Below, piece by piece: positions 15,805 to 24,614 of a stretch of DNA of 39,858 bases. The position numbers and the translations under genes were made by a program. Location of the stretch: IMG/VR virus record IMGVR_UViG_3300011439_000008, positions 1 through 39,858 of that record. The stretch is one strand, 5' to 3'. The DNA comes from a virus. Its lineage: Duplodnaviria > Caudoviricetes. Under the pieces are notes generated by a model. It saw only the letters and a list, made by a program, of their open reading frames with translations, was not told the origin of the DNA and ran no database searches. The stretch's first letter is position 1, and each line of letters starts with the position of its first letter.

Positions 15805-16871
15805 ACTGGTTTTCTAAGATCAATCTCATGTGGGTTTTCCTGGGCGTCAACATTTGTGTTTGGTTTGCGGCGCTCTTAGCCACACGATTTCACGTGTTGG
15901 TGGGGGTGCTGTTTGCGGTGCTCACGGTAAGCGCCTTGTGGACGTTTGGATACCGGTATGATCAATTTGCCGCGCACCCCGAAATAGAATGGCTGTTGCT
16001 CGCGCGGGATAGTGCGCTTACGTTTGCCGTGCTGTTTACGACCGCCGTGTTCTTTGCGTCGCAAAGCAAACGCTCTGAATACGCCCTTTTGGTGGGTGTA
16101 TCCGTGATTTGGTTGGTGAGCTGTCTCAGCACCACGGTACAACTCTTTTACCCTTGGGAGCTGCGCCGGGGCTTGTCGGGCGATCCATCGATGAACGGGT
16201 GTTTGATTGCTATTACCCTTCCCGTTTTTTTGGAGCTGCACAGTCGTAATCGGGGGAATGGTGTTGTGGGTGCAAGCGCTATTTGGTGGACCGCTCTTTG
16301 CGTGTTCGCGTGTAACGCCAGTGTTCCGATAGGCGCGTTGATAGTCGTTACGCTTGCGGCGATCTCCTATCTGAAACTCCCGATCCGAAGTCTTCTCCTT
16401 ATGGGTGGTTTCACCGCGACGTTTATCCTCGCAGTCGGAGCACTCTTTCAAGGCCAACAACTTTTCAGTTCCAGTAATCGTTTCTACACGTGGGGTACGT
16501 GGCTCCACCATTGGTGGAACACGGATGCGTGGACGCGGCTATTTGGGTTTGGCACGGGCACGGGCATTTATCTTTTGCCGAAAGCCCTTGAGCAAGCAGG
16601 CTCAGATATCCGCTTGCTTTGGATTCACAACGAGTATCTGCAAACCCTTTTCGAAAACGGCACCGTTGGCTTAGCACTTTTAGTTTCGTTGGTGGGCGTG
16701 GTGCTTGTGAAAGCTCGCTCGCGGCCATGGCTGTTTTGCAGTGTTGCGGGTTTGGCCGCGTATTCGTTTTTCAATTTTCCAGCACGCCAACCGTTTCATG
16801 CGTTGGTGGGTGCAGCACTGATTTGGTTTACGTTTACTCCGGGGGAAAACTATGGTCGGCAAGACGCCTGA
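15801..16871 (+). CDS. O-antigen ligase / Wzy_C-family polytopic membrane protein
   Basis: About 10 hydrophobic segments; SSNRFYTW, LFGFGTG, WIHNEYLQTLFENGTVG, FNFP. Confidence 0.85.
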   Translation: MNWFSKINLMWVFLGVNICVWFAALLATRFHVLVGVLFAVLTVSALWTFGYRYDQFAAHPEIEWLLLARDSALTFAVLFTTAVFFASQSKRSEYALLVGVSVIWLVSCLSTTVQLFYPWELRRGLSGDPSMNGCLIAITLPVFLELHSRNRGNGVVGASAIWWTALCVFACNASVPIGALIVVTLAAISYLKLPIRSLLLMGGFTATFILAVGALFQGQQLFSSSNRFYTWGTWLHHWWNTDAWTRLFGFGTGTGIYLLPKALEQAGSDIRLLWIHNEYLQTLFENGTVGLALLVSLVGVVLVKARSRPWLFCSVAGLAAYSFFNFPARQPFHALVGAALIWFTFTPGENYGRQDA

Positions 16872-17094
16872 GAAAGAGTGTCCGCATTGTAAAGTGACGA
16901 AGGCTCGCACCATTAAGCATTGGCATTTGTTTGCGGACGGGAAAGACGGGCTCCATTCGGTGTGTAAGCCATGCCGACGCGCCTATAACCTTCCGCGATC
17001 CAAACAGTGGCGAAGAGATAATCGTGAGCGACGTAACGAGTACATGCGCATTTACTGGCGCAAGAAACAGCGTGAGCGACAAGAGCTAAAATGA
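16852..17094 (+). CDS. Zinc-finger protein resembling the N-terminal module of HNH/EndoVII homing endonucleases, with no nuclease domain
   Basis: KECPHCKVTK...KDGLHSVCKPC followed by an Arg-rich helix. Confidence 0.65.
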   Translation: MVGKTPEKECPHCKVTKARTIKHWHLFADGKDGLHSVCKPCRRAYNLPRSKQWRRDNRERRNEYMRIYWRKKQRERQELK

Positions 17095-18389
17095 AATACC
17101 GAATTCGGTATCATCGCAATCCTCACCAAGCGCAGTACCACGACGATATCACGTCTAAGTTTCTTCATCTCTCAACGGGGTTTGGTGGGGGTAAAAGTTA
17201 TTCAGCCGCAATGAAGGGGTTTCAACTTGGAAGGCTTAATAAAAATATCCCGGGTGGGTGTGTTGTCCCGTCTATCGCAGATTATAAAAAAGATCTTCTC
17301 CCACTTATTGAAGAAATTTTGGACGTTAACCGTATTAAATATAAGTACCACCGCACGGACAAATGGTTTCGTTTCCCGTGGTCCCGGGGTCGGATGTACG
17401 TTGCGACCGCCGAGAAAAAAATCCGTGGACCGAATTGGGGTTGGGCCGTCATCAACGAAGTGACGCTGATGAAACATGAAAGTTACAAAGAAACGATCGG
17501 CCGCGTCCGTGTGAAAGGTTCGCCCTATCCGCAAATCGCGTCAAGCGGTACGCCCGAAGGCACGGGACATTGGCTCCATGAGGTGTTCATAGAAAACCCG
17601 ATGAAGGGTAGTCGGATCATCTACGGTGACACGCGCGACAACCAAGAAAACCTAAACGACGATTACATTCCTACGCTAGAAAGCTCTTACGATTTGGTGA
17701 TGTTGGACGCGTATCTGCGCGGGCTTTTCGTTAACATGAAAGGGAACCGTTTCTATTATGCTTACGACCCCAAGCGAAACGACAATGCTAACATCAAGCA
17801 GGTGGAAGGCGCAGAGGTGCGAGTCACGCTCGATTACAACGTTGCCCCGATGGTGGCGACGCTTTGGAATATCGTCTACATCAAGAATCGCAACGGCGTC
17901 CCTCTTCTTATGCCCGATGGGTCTCCCGTTAAACGCGCCATTGCTTTTGACCAAATCGTTATCGACGACGGCGCCGACACTCAAAAAATGTCAGATGCCA
18001 TGTACGCCTACGGGCTTAATCCGGACACTACGACAATTTACCCCGACCCCGCCGGAAAGAATCGATCTACGCAAGGTCCGCCCGACAACGAACAACTGCG
18101 AAAAGCCGGGTGGTATAAGATCAAGGTTAAGAACGTGGCTCCGCAATTCCGAAAGCGCCAGCTCGCCACCAATAATTTGCTAGCCAAAGGTTTTATTCAG
18201 ATGCATCCTGTTAAGTGCCGGGCGCTGAAGAAAGACTGCGAAGCTGTCGAGCAAGACAAAGCCACATTTGAGAAAATCAAAACTAATCCGAAGCTGACTC
18301 ACGCTTCGGACGGAATGGACTATTTCGTTGATATTGAATTCCCGTTGAGCGGCACCAAGCCCAACAGCGGGAGCGCGAGGATTCGATAA
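17091..18389 (+). CDS. terL: Terminase large subunit
   Basis: PHQ, GFGGGKS, RG...WAVINE, GTPEG; nuclease motifs LDYN, YPDPAG, HASDGMDY. Confidence 0.95.
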   Translation: MKYRIRYHRNPHQAQYHDDITSKFLHLSTGFGGGKSYSAAMKGFQLGRLNKNIPGGCVVPSIADYKKDLLPLIEEILDVNRIKYKYHRTDKWFRFPWSRGRMYVATAEKKIRGPNWGWAVINEVTLMKHESYKETIGRVRVKGSPYPQIASSGTPEGTGHWLHEVFIENPMKGSRIIYGDTRDNQENLNDDYIPTLESSYDLVMLDAYLRGLFVNMKGNRFYYAYDPKRNDNANIKQVEGAEVRVTLDYNVAPMVATLWNIVYIKNRNGVPLLMPDGSPVKRAIAFDQIVIDDGADTQKMSDAMYAYGLNPDTTTIYPDPAGKNRSTQGPPDNEQLRKAGWYKIKVKNVAPQFRKRQLATNNLLAKGFIQMHPVKCRALKKDCEAVEQDKATFEKIKTNPKLTHASDGMDYFVDIEFPLSGTKPNSGSARIR

Positions 18390-18544
18390 TGAACGACGAA
18401 ATAGACGGACATATTCACGTGATGCCCACGGGCGGATTGAATCCGGTTCACGCGGAAAACTCTCACTGTTGGTGCCAGCCCGAACTACATTACCGAGATG
18501 AATTCACTTTAAAAGAAGTTTGGGTACATAGGGAGATCCAATGA
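18389..18544 (+). CDS. 51-aa His/Cys peptide not in the ORF track
   Basis: MNDEIDGHIHVMPTGGLNPVHAENSHCWCQPELHYRDEFTLKEVWVHREIQ*. TAATG and ATGA coupling at its ends. Confidence 0.65.
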   Translation: MNDEIDGHIHVMPTGGLNPVHAENSHCWCQPELHYRDEFTLKEVWVHREIQ

Positions 18545-18783
18545 CGAAAGACAAAAAACCAGCCGCATCGATTCATGGGTTGCACGGGAAACTCCCACCC
18601 GCCGAGCTTCACCAAACCGTGGGCAAATACATCGGCGAGTTGAAAGAAATGCTAGTCTTGGGAATTGATGAAGATGGTGGGATACGCATTTGGTGCACCA
18701 CCATGCGGCATCCTGATTTGGCGTACCTCAGTTGCGCCTTAAGCAAATTTGCACAACAAGAATGTTTCGGGGGATCAGTATGA
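18541..18783 (+). CDS. Hypothetical protein
   Basis: ATGA overlaps on both sides. Confidence 0.6.
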   Translation: MTKDKKPAASIHGLHGKLPPAELHQTVGKYIGELKEMLVLGIDEDGGIRIWCTTMRHPDLAYLSCALSKFAQQECFGGSV

Positions 18784-20483
18784 AAATTACAAATGAAGCA
18801 CAGTTACTTGACGTAGATGTCCGCAAGAAACTCATTGAGGGTTTCGAAAGCACCAACAACAAGCGCCGTAAGGACGAAGCATTCAAGGCGTATGAGTGTT
18901 TGAAAGACAAAACGATTAACTACGTACTGGCACTTTTGCTTCGTCAATTTGAGCCCGAGACCGTAGATGAAATGCAGTACGCCATGACCAACATTTCGAT
19001 TCTCCGGAAGGTCATCGATAAGCTGGCCAAGGTATACGCCAATGGTGTGAAACGAACCATGCCGGGTGAAGGTAACGAAGAAAACATGGTGGGCACGCAA
19101 GCGGTTGAGGAAATGGCCGATCTTCTCAAGCTCACCAAGACGATGAAGAAAGCGAATCGCTATTTCCGCACATTCAAAAACTGCGTGGTGTACGTGCGGC
19201 CCATGAAGGTGGAAGAAAAATTTGCTGTGAAGGTGGAAGCAAAAGCTCCCTTTAACTATGACGCTGTAGAAAATCCGGACAATCCCACCGAAGCATTGGC
19301 CATCGTGCTTTCTGATTACGCCCCCGCACGCACGACGCTGTATGCCCTGGGCAACCCGGCTACCGCTGGACGTGGCCGCGAGATCGGCGTGGTTCGCGAA
19401 GGCGAAGCCGAAGAGGCGAGACTTACGCAAGCGTACTCCTCCATCACCGATCAAACTAAAGGTGGCACGCAAGACAAAGAAGAGGACCGCCACTATATTT
19501 GGTGGTCCAAAAATTATCACTTCACCACCAACCAAAAAGGTGAACTGGTAGACACGGGTGAAGGCTTGCTTGCCGTGGACAACCCGATTCTGCAATTACC
19601 TTTCGTTAATCTCGCGGGCGAGCAAGACGAATGCTTTTGGGCCGAAGGCGGCTCGGATCTTGTTGATTCGGGTATCAAGATCAACGTGATGGTGACGAAC
19701 GTTCAACACGTGGGCGTGCAACAGGGGTACGGTCAAATGTTTATGACGGGGAAGAATCTTCCCAAGTCAGTGAAGGTGGGACCGACTCACTGTATTCAGC
19801 TTGAGCAAGCGGAAGGCGAGCCCCAACCTACCGTGGGATATCTTACGGCCAATCCACCCCTCGCGGAACTGAAAGAGCTTTGCGAGATGGCCGTGGCACT
19901 CATGTTATCCACCAACAACCTAAGCACTTCCAACTTCTCCATGAGCTTGGATGGCGCTAAGGATTTTGCTTCCGGTATTGCTCTTCTCATCGACAAGTCT
20001 GAAAGCACGGAAGATATCGGCGAACAACAGCAGGACTTCGTCGAAAAAGAACCACTGATTTGGTATCTCATCGGGCTATGGTCGGAGATCCTTAAAGAGA
20101 AAGACCTGTTGGTGGAAGATCAAAGCGCCATCGAATTGCCGGAAGCTGAGGAGTTGAAAAAGCTTCGACTCCAATTCCCCTCACCAAAACCGCTTGTGTC
20201 TGAGAGTGACCAACTCGACGTGATTAAAAAGCGCAAAGAGATTGGGCTCAACACGGAAGTGGAACTGATCATGCGCGACGATCCATCCTTGAACGAAGAG
20301 GCGGCCAAAGAGAAGTTGGCCAAGATCAAAGCCGAGAAACAGGCAAACGCGGAAGCCATGGGGTTAGGCGATGGAAATCAAAGTCAAGAAAACGACGGGA
20401 AGCAACAGCCGGACAACGGCAACGCTGGACCTGGGTCTAAGCCCAAAGCTCCCGGAAAGGGTGAAAGCCCGGATCAAGAATGA
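18780..20483 (+). CDS. Portal protein (SPP1 gp6-like)
   Basis: Size and position after TerL; NISILRKVIDKLAKVY, NPILQLPFV, ASGIAL, charged C-terminus. Confidence 0.85.
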   Translation: MKITNEAQLLDVDVRKKLIEGFESTNNKRRKDEAFKAYECLKDKTINYVLALLLRQFEPETVDEMQYAMTNISILRKVIDKLAKVYANGVKRTMPGEGNEENMVGTQAVEEMADLLKLTKTMKKANRYFRTFKNCVVYVRPMKVEEKFAVKVEAKAPFNYDAVENPDNPTEALAIVLSDYAPARTTLYALGNPATAGRGREIGVVREGEAEEARLTQAYSSITDQTKGGTQDKEEDRHYIWWSKNYHFTTNQKGELVDTGEGLLAVDNPILQLPFVNLAGEQDECFWAEGGSDLVDSGIKINVMVTNVQHVGVQQGYGQMFMTGKNLPKSVKVGPTHCIQLEQAEGEPQPTVGYLTANPPLAELKELCEMAVALMLSTNNLSTSNFSMSLDGAKDFASGIALLIDKSESTEDIGEQQQDFVEKEPLIWYLIGLWSEILKEKDLLVEDQSAIELPEAEELKKLRLQFPSPKPLVSESDQLDVIKKRKEIGLNTEVELIMRDDPSLNEEAAKEKLAKIKAEKQANAEAMGLGDGNQSQENDGKQQPDNGNAGPGSKPKAPGKGESPDQE

Positions 20484-21024
20484 CGTTGGCGATTTCTTGG
20501 TAGAACAAATCGTGTCGAGCGCGGGAGCGGCGCAAAGCCCGGTAGCGGGTGGCGAATGGGAGCGCAAACTTTCCCCGGAGTACCGGAAAAAGAAGAAAGC
20601 CGAAGGCCTACCCCCGACCGCTAACATGGAACTGGAGGGTGGTTTGTTGGATTCACTCACGTTCAAAAACAATGAACGCGGGGTGGAACTTGGGTGGTTT
20701 GGCGAAGAGGCGGGGAAAGCGGATGGACACAATAACTTTTCTGGAAAATCTTCTCTTCCACGTCGGCAAACCCTTCCGGATGTGGGTCAGGAGTTTAAGC
20801 CCGCAATCCAAGGCGCGGTTGAGAAGATTGTTTCGGATGCACTTGCCGACACGGTGACGTTCAAAGAGACAGATTTTGAAGCCGTCAATAATCGGACGGA
20901 GCTATATGAGGTGTTGGGCGAGTACTTCGAGGGAATGGGTCGAAGCGAGATTAAAGCCGTCGTATCTTCCGCTCCGGCACTTGTGGACTTGCTAGATAGT
21001 TTAAAGCTGTTACGCTTTTTATAA
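20371..21024 (+). CDS. Virion morphogenesis / tail-completion-like protein, paralog 1 (Mu gpG-like)
   Basis: SPVAGGEWERKLSPEY...NMELEGGLLDSL...ADGHN...LPRRQTLP. Confidence 0.65.
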   Translation: MEIKVKKTTGSNSRTTATLDLGLSPKLPERVKARIKNDVGDFLVEQIVSSAGAAQSPVAGGEWERKLSPEYRKKKKAEGLPPTANMELEGGLLDSLTFKNNERGVELGWFGEEAGKADGHNNFSGKSSLPRRQTLPDVGQEFKPAIQGAVEKIVSDALADTVTFKETDFEAVNNRTELYEVLGEYFEGMGRSEIKAVVSSAPALVDLLDSLKLLRFL

Positions 21025-21042
21025 ACATGGGGGATTGATGGA

Positions 21043-21213
21043 ATGGACCGCACGCCAAAGGAGTGGGATTGCATCAATCGGGATGGATACGTGGTGGGGG
21101 TAGCCTTGGGTGAATCGGCCGATGAAGCGGCCCTGTACGCCATCAAGGAATTGCGCATTGAAGATTTGAGTCACGTGGAAGAGCGGGAGCACAAAGAACT
21201 TGGCGAAAGTTAA
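21043..21213 (+). CDS. 56-aa acidic protein not in the ORF track
   Basis: MDRTPKEWDCINRDGYVVGVALGESADEAALYAIKELRIEDLSHVEEREHKELGES* fills the gap between two genes. Confidence 0.55.
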   Translation: MDRTPKEWDCINRDGYVVGVALGESADEAALYAIKELRIEDLSHVEEREHKELGES

Positions 21214-21679
21214 AGTCACCACAAGGTTTAAGATTTTGGAACTCATCGACCGTTTTGTGGACGGCACCTTGGTGAATCAGGTGGGCGGCGCAGTGGTGGA
21301 TGAGGCGAAACAATTGATCCGTTCCGGGCAAAGTCCGGTGCGCGGGTACGGGCGATTTGCCGCGTACAAAGATCGTGACAAGTACCCGGGCGGCATCAAG
21401 CCCGCACGCCCAGTGAATTTAGAACTGTCCGGCGATATGCTGGACGCTTACGGCTACCGACGCGGGGCCGGTGATTCGATCGAAGTGGGCATGGTGAAGG
21501 GATCTCCGGAAGTGAAAGAGATCGCGGAATTTCACAACGAAGGTACCGAACACATGGCCCAACGTCGGATCGTTCCAGGCGAAGGCGAAGAGTGGACTGT
21601 CTCTATCATGAGACGGATTCGAGACTTCTTCGGCAAGCGCTTTGAAACTTTAATTAGACAAGCAAACAAAAAGCGCTAA
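21200..21679 (+). CDS. Virion morphogenesis / tail-completion-like protein, paralog 2
   Basis: SPVRG...PVNLELSGDMLDAY...IAEFHNEGTEHMAQRRIVP. Confidence 0.7.
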   Translation: MAKVKVTTRFKILELIDRFVDGTLVNQVGGAVVDEAKQLIRSGQSPVRGYGRFAAYKDRDKYPGGIKPARPVNLELSGDMLDAYGYRRGAGDSIEVGMVKGSPEVKEIAEFHNEGTEHMAQRRIVPGEGEEWTVSIMRRIRDFFGKRFETLIRQANKKR

Positions 21680-21709
21680 GATTTTATCTTCAGCCAACGA
21701 GAGAGTCGG

Positions 21710-21750
21710 TCCACCCTGGGTGTCGGGACATCACCCGGGGTGGATTTTTT
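21710..21750 (+). terminator. Intrinsic terminator-like hairpin upstream of the scaffold gene
   Basis: TCCACCCTGGGTG...CACCCGGGGTGGA followed by TTTTTT. Confidence 0.6.
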
Positions 21751-21807
21751 AACCGAAGGGCGGTGCCCTTCACCAACGCGGGCGGTGCCTGCATGGGGGA
21801 TATAGCG

Positions 21808-22494
21808 ATGCCGGAAGATAACCAAAACCAAAACCTGGGCGACAAAAACACCAACGACGGCGGTGCCGACGGGGGCGACAAAAGCGGCGCGGGTGGCGGC
21901 GATAAGGGCGGAAGCCAAGATCAGGTTGCACGTGCAGACCACGAGCGAGCGCTTGCGGATATGCACAAGTTTAAGAAGGAAGCCGAGAAACTCCGTAAAG
22001 AAAAAGATGATGAAAAAGCCGCGAAGCTCAAGGAAGAAAAACGCTTCGAAGAGCTAGCAGCGGCCAAGGAACAAGAGGCAAAGGAAGCCCGCGAAGAGGC
22101 AGACCGAATCAAGAATTCGTTCCTAAATGAGAAGAAATTTAGCGCGGTGCGTCTTGCCGCCGAGAAATTGGGGCTCCGGCCCGAAGCGGTGTCCGATTTG
22201 GAAGAGCTTGACTTAGATAAAGTTCAAGTTGAAACTACTAACACGGGCAAAATCTCTGTGCTCGGCGCGGACAAATTCGCTGAAAGGCTTAAGACCCTTA
22301 AGCCTCACTGGTTTGCAGACAAATCCAAACCTAACGTTAATACCAATGGAACTCGCGTCATCGAAGGCGGTGACGGGACTGTCACCATTGACGATGTCAT
22401 TGCGGCCGAGAAGGAAGGGAAGAAAGCTAACGATATGACGAAATATCGCGAGCTTTTCAAAAAGTACCAACAACAGCGGGTAGCTAAACGCTAA
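21808..22494 (+). CDS. Capsid scaffolding protein
   Basis: Gly/Asp-rich disordered N-terminus, long coiled coil, KPHWF motif; directly before the capsid gene. Confidence 0.85.
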   Translation: MPEDNQNQNLGDKNTNDGGADGGDKSGAGGGDKGGSQDQVARADHERALADMHKFKKEAEKLRKEKDDEKAAKLKEEKRFEELAAAKEQEAKEAREEADRIKNSFLNEKKFSAVRLAAEKLGLRPEAVSDLEELDLDKVQVETTNTGKISVLGADKFAERLKTLKPHWFADKSKPNVNTNGTRVIEGGDGTVTIDDVIAAEKEGKKANDMTKYRELFKKYQQQRVAKR

Positions 22495-22515
22495 CCGTAA
22501 ATTCAAGGGGGTTAG

Positions 22516-23358
22516 GTGATGGATGAGATTATGACAAGCGCAACCGAGCTTTCGGCAATCGTGCCGGAAATTTGGTCCAGGCGCTATTACGAAGTTTTGC
22601 TGGCGGATCTTCCGTTCAACTCTTTGATTTCGACGGACTACACGGGTGACATTTCCGATCTTGGCGACACCGTCAATATCGCGACGTTCCCCGAATTCGA
22701 CGAAGGTGAAGAGCTGGAAGAGGATGCAGTCAGTGAAGCGCGTGGCATCACTGTCACTTCGCAACAGCTTGTCATCAACAAACGCGTGGTGAAGGATTTC
22801 ATCGTCACCAAAAAGGCCATCCTTCAGTCGCTCCCGCATATGGACAAGCTCAAGGAGCTTGCCGTGTATGCCATCCTCAAAAAGATCCAGTCCACCATCG
22901 TGGCCGCAATCGTTCCAAGCGCGTCCGCTCCGGACCACACGCTTGCGTTTGATTCGGGCACCACGTTGGCGCTCGCGGATTTGCTTGAGGCGAAGGAGTT
23001 GTTGGACGACGCCGACGTTCCGGGCACGGATCGCCACTTGGTGTTGGGTGCCGCTCAATTGAACGACATCTTCAACATTACGGGTTTCACTTCGAGCGAT
23101 TTCTTGCTCGCGGGTGGGCCGCTCCAAACGGGTAAAATCCCGCAAGAGCTGTTGGGTTTCATGCCCCATTTCACCACGGTTGTGGCGAACGTGGTCTATC
23201 TGTTTCATCGGTCTTTCATGACGATGGCTTCCCAACAGGGAATGGATGTCAAGGAATATGACCTTGGCTCCCAGGGCAAACGCGCAACCCGCGTGAACCT
23301 GGACACCCTATGGGGTCTCAAGCAGATGGACAATCAACGTGTGGTGACGATCGGCTAA
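22516..23358 (+). CDS. Major capsid protein (HK97 fold, P22 gp5/N4 gp56-like pattern)
   Basis: IVPEIWS, GDTVNI, LDDADVPGTDRHLV, LLGF, DTLWGLK. Confidence 0.9.
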   Translation: MMDEIMTSATELSAIVPEIWSRRYYEVLLADLPFNSLISTDYTGDISDLGDTVNIATFPEFDEGEELEEDAVSEARGITVTSQQLVINKRVVKDFIVTKKAILQSLPHMDKLKELAVYAILKKIQSTIVAAIVPSASAPDHTLAFDSGTTLALADLLEAKELLDDADVPGTDRHLVLGAAQLNDIFNITGFTSSDFLLAGGPLQTGKIPQELLGFMPHFTTVVANVVYLFHRSFMTMASQQGMDVKEYDLGSQGKRATRVNLDTLWGLKQMDNQRVVTIG

Positions 23359-23392
23359 GTTGTCGAGTTAGCCAATCCCTCCAAGGCTTGGC

Positions 23393-23427
23393 GGGGTAGT
23401 GGGAACTGCACTCACTACCCCATTTCT
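23393..23427 (+). terminator. Hairpin after the capsid gene
   Basis: GGGGTAGTGGG-N7-CTCACTACCCC followed by ATTTCT. Confidence 0.6.
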
Positions 23428-23456
23428 AAAAATTTTGAACGAAAGGAAAAAAGAAA

Positions 23457-24026
23457 ATGAGAAAGCTTTTGAGCATTTTCGGAGTAGTCGCGGTTCTCGC
23501 GGCTTCCAGTTATTGGGTCCACACTCTTGATTCGGGCAAGTCTTCGAAAGCCCACGCTTCAAGTTCGGGGTGGAAAGGCCAGAAATTCGTTAAACAGTTT
23601 TTCTTCTACGGTGCCGCCGGTAAGGGTTCCCGCACGGGGCTCGACGCCGGTAACGCCATGTCGATCGCGGATGGAGATATCTGGGCCATCCCGGCGGGTA
23701 CGGTCATTGAAAAAGTGTACATGATCGTGACTGCCGCGATCACGGGTACCACGGTGCTCACGGTCGGCGACGACGACGGGGCAACGAGTTTCATCCCGGC
23801 CGCTGCAATTACTCTGGGCACCCCTGGACTGTATGGATGGGACGCTAAAAATGCGGGGGCGTATCTGCGAGTAGAAACAGCCGGCGCATCCGACGCGGCT
23901 GATATCTACGTAGTGCCGCAAGCGAAGTACTACAGTGCGGCCGGCAAGGAAGTGAAGCTGGATAACACCACCACCAATACCGGCGGGGCTTTTAGCGTCG
24001 TGATTGAGGGGATGTACCTGAAGTAA
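23457..24026 (+). CDS. Capsid decoration/cement-like beta protein with an N-terminal signal peptide
   Basis: Directly follows the capsid gene; IPAGTVIEKVYMIVTAAITGTTVLTVGD pattern; N-terminus MRKLLSIFGVVAVLAASS...KAHA. Confidence 0.6.
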   Translation: MRKLLSIFGVVAVLAASSYWVHTLDSGKSSKAHASSSGWKGQKFVKQFFFYGAAGKGSRTGLDAGNAMSIADGDIWAIPAGTVIEKVYMIVTAAITGTTVLTVGDDDGATSFIPAAAITLGTPGLYGWDAKNAGAYLRVETAGASDAADIYVVPQAKYYSAAGKEVKLDNTTTNTGGAFSVVIEGMYLK

Positions 24027-24136
24027 CGAAGAACGCCGGGTGCCAGCGGTGGACACTCGGAATAGTGGGGGCAACGCGTGCGACCTTATCCGCGTGTGTT
24101 GCCCCCGCGTCCTAGAAAACGCTTGGGGGAAACAAA

Positions 24137-24604
24137 ATGGGAAAGCCACTGAATCCAAATCAATCGGTTGCGGCCCTCAAGCCTCAGACCGAACCGCTTC
24201 CGGAAGTGAGTCTGGTAACATGCACCGCCAGTGCCGCCGGTCTCAACAGTAAATATATTTTGTTCAAAAATGGCGCGGATGAAGCCTTCTATGCTTGGTT
24301 CAACCGGGGCGCGGCCGGTGTAGATCCGGCTCCGGGTGGAACTGGCATCGAGGTGGCCATCGGTGACAGCGACACAGCCGCTCAGGTAGCCGCCGCACTT
24401 ACGGCCGCCATTGATGCCCATGCTGATTTTCTGGCAACCCGCGATGGTGCGGTGGTGCAAATCACCAATGCAGCTGATGGAAGCGCAACCGACACGGGCG
24501 CGGGTGATAGCGGGCTTACGGTTTCGACTCACAAGCAGGGCCAGGCCGGGGATTATTACCCCTCGCTCAATCCTGGATCGATCTCCAACAACCCAAGCGT
24601 GTAA
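24137..24604 (+). CDS. Virion structural protein made of one domain shared with the major tail protein
   Basis: Aligns by eye with the central insertion of 26073-26942. Confidence 0.7.
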   Translation: MGKPLNPNQSVAALKPQTEPLPEVSLVTCTASAAGLNSKYILFKNGADEAFYAWFNRGAAGVDPAPGGTGIEVAIGDSDTAAQVAAALTAAIDAHADFLATRDGAVVQITNAADGSATDTGAGDSGLTVSTHKQGQAGDYYPSLNPGSISNNPSV

Positions 24605-24614
24605 GGGAAAATGA

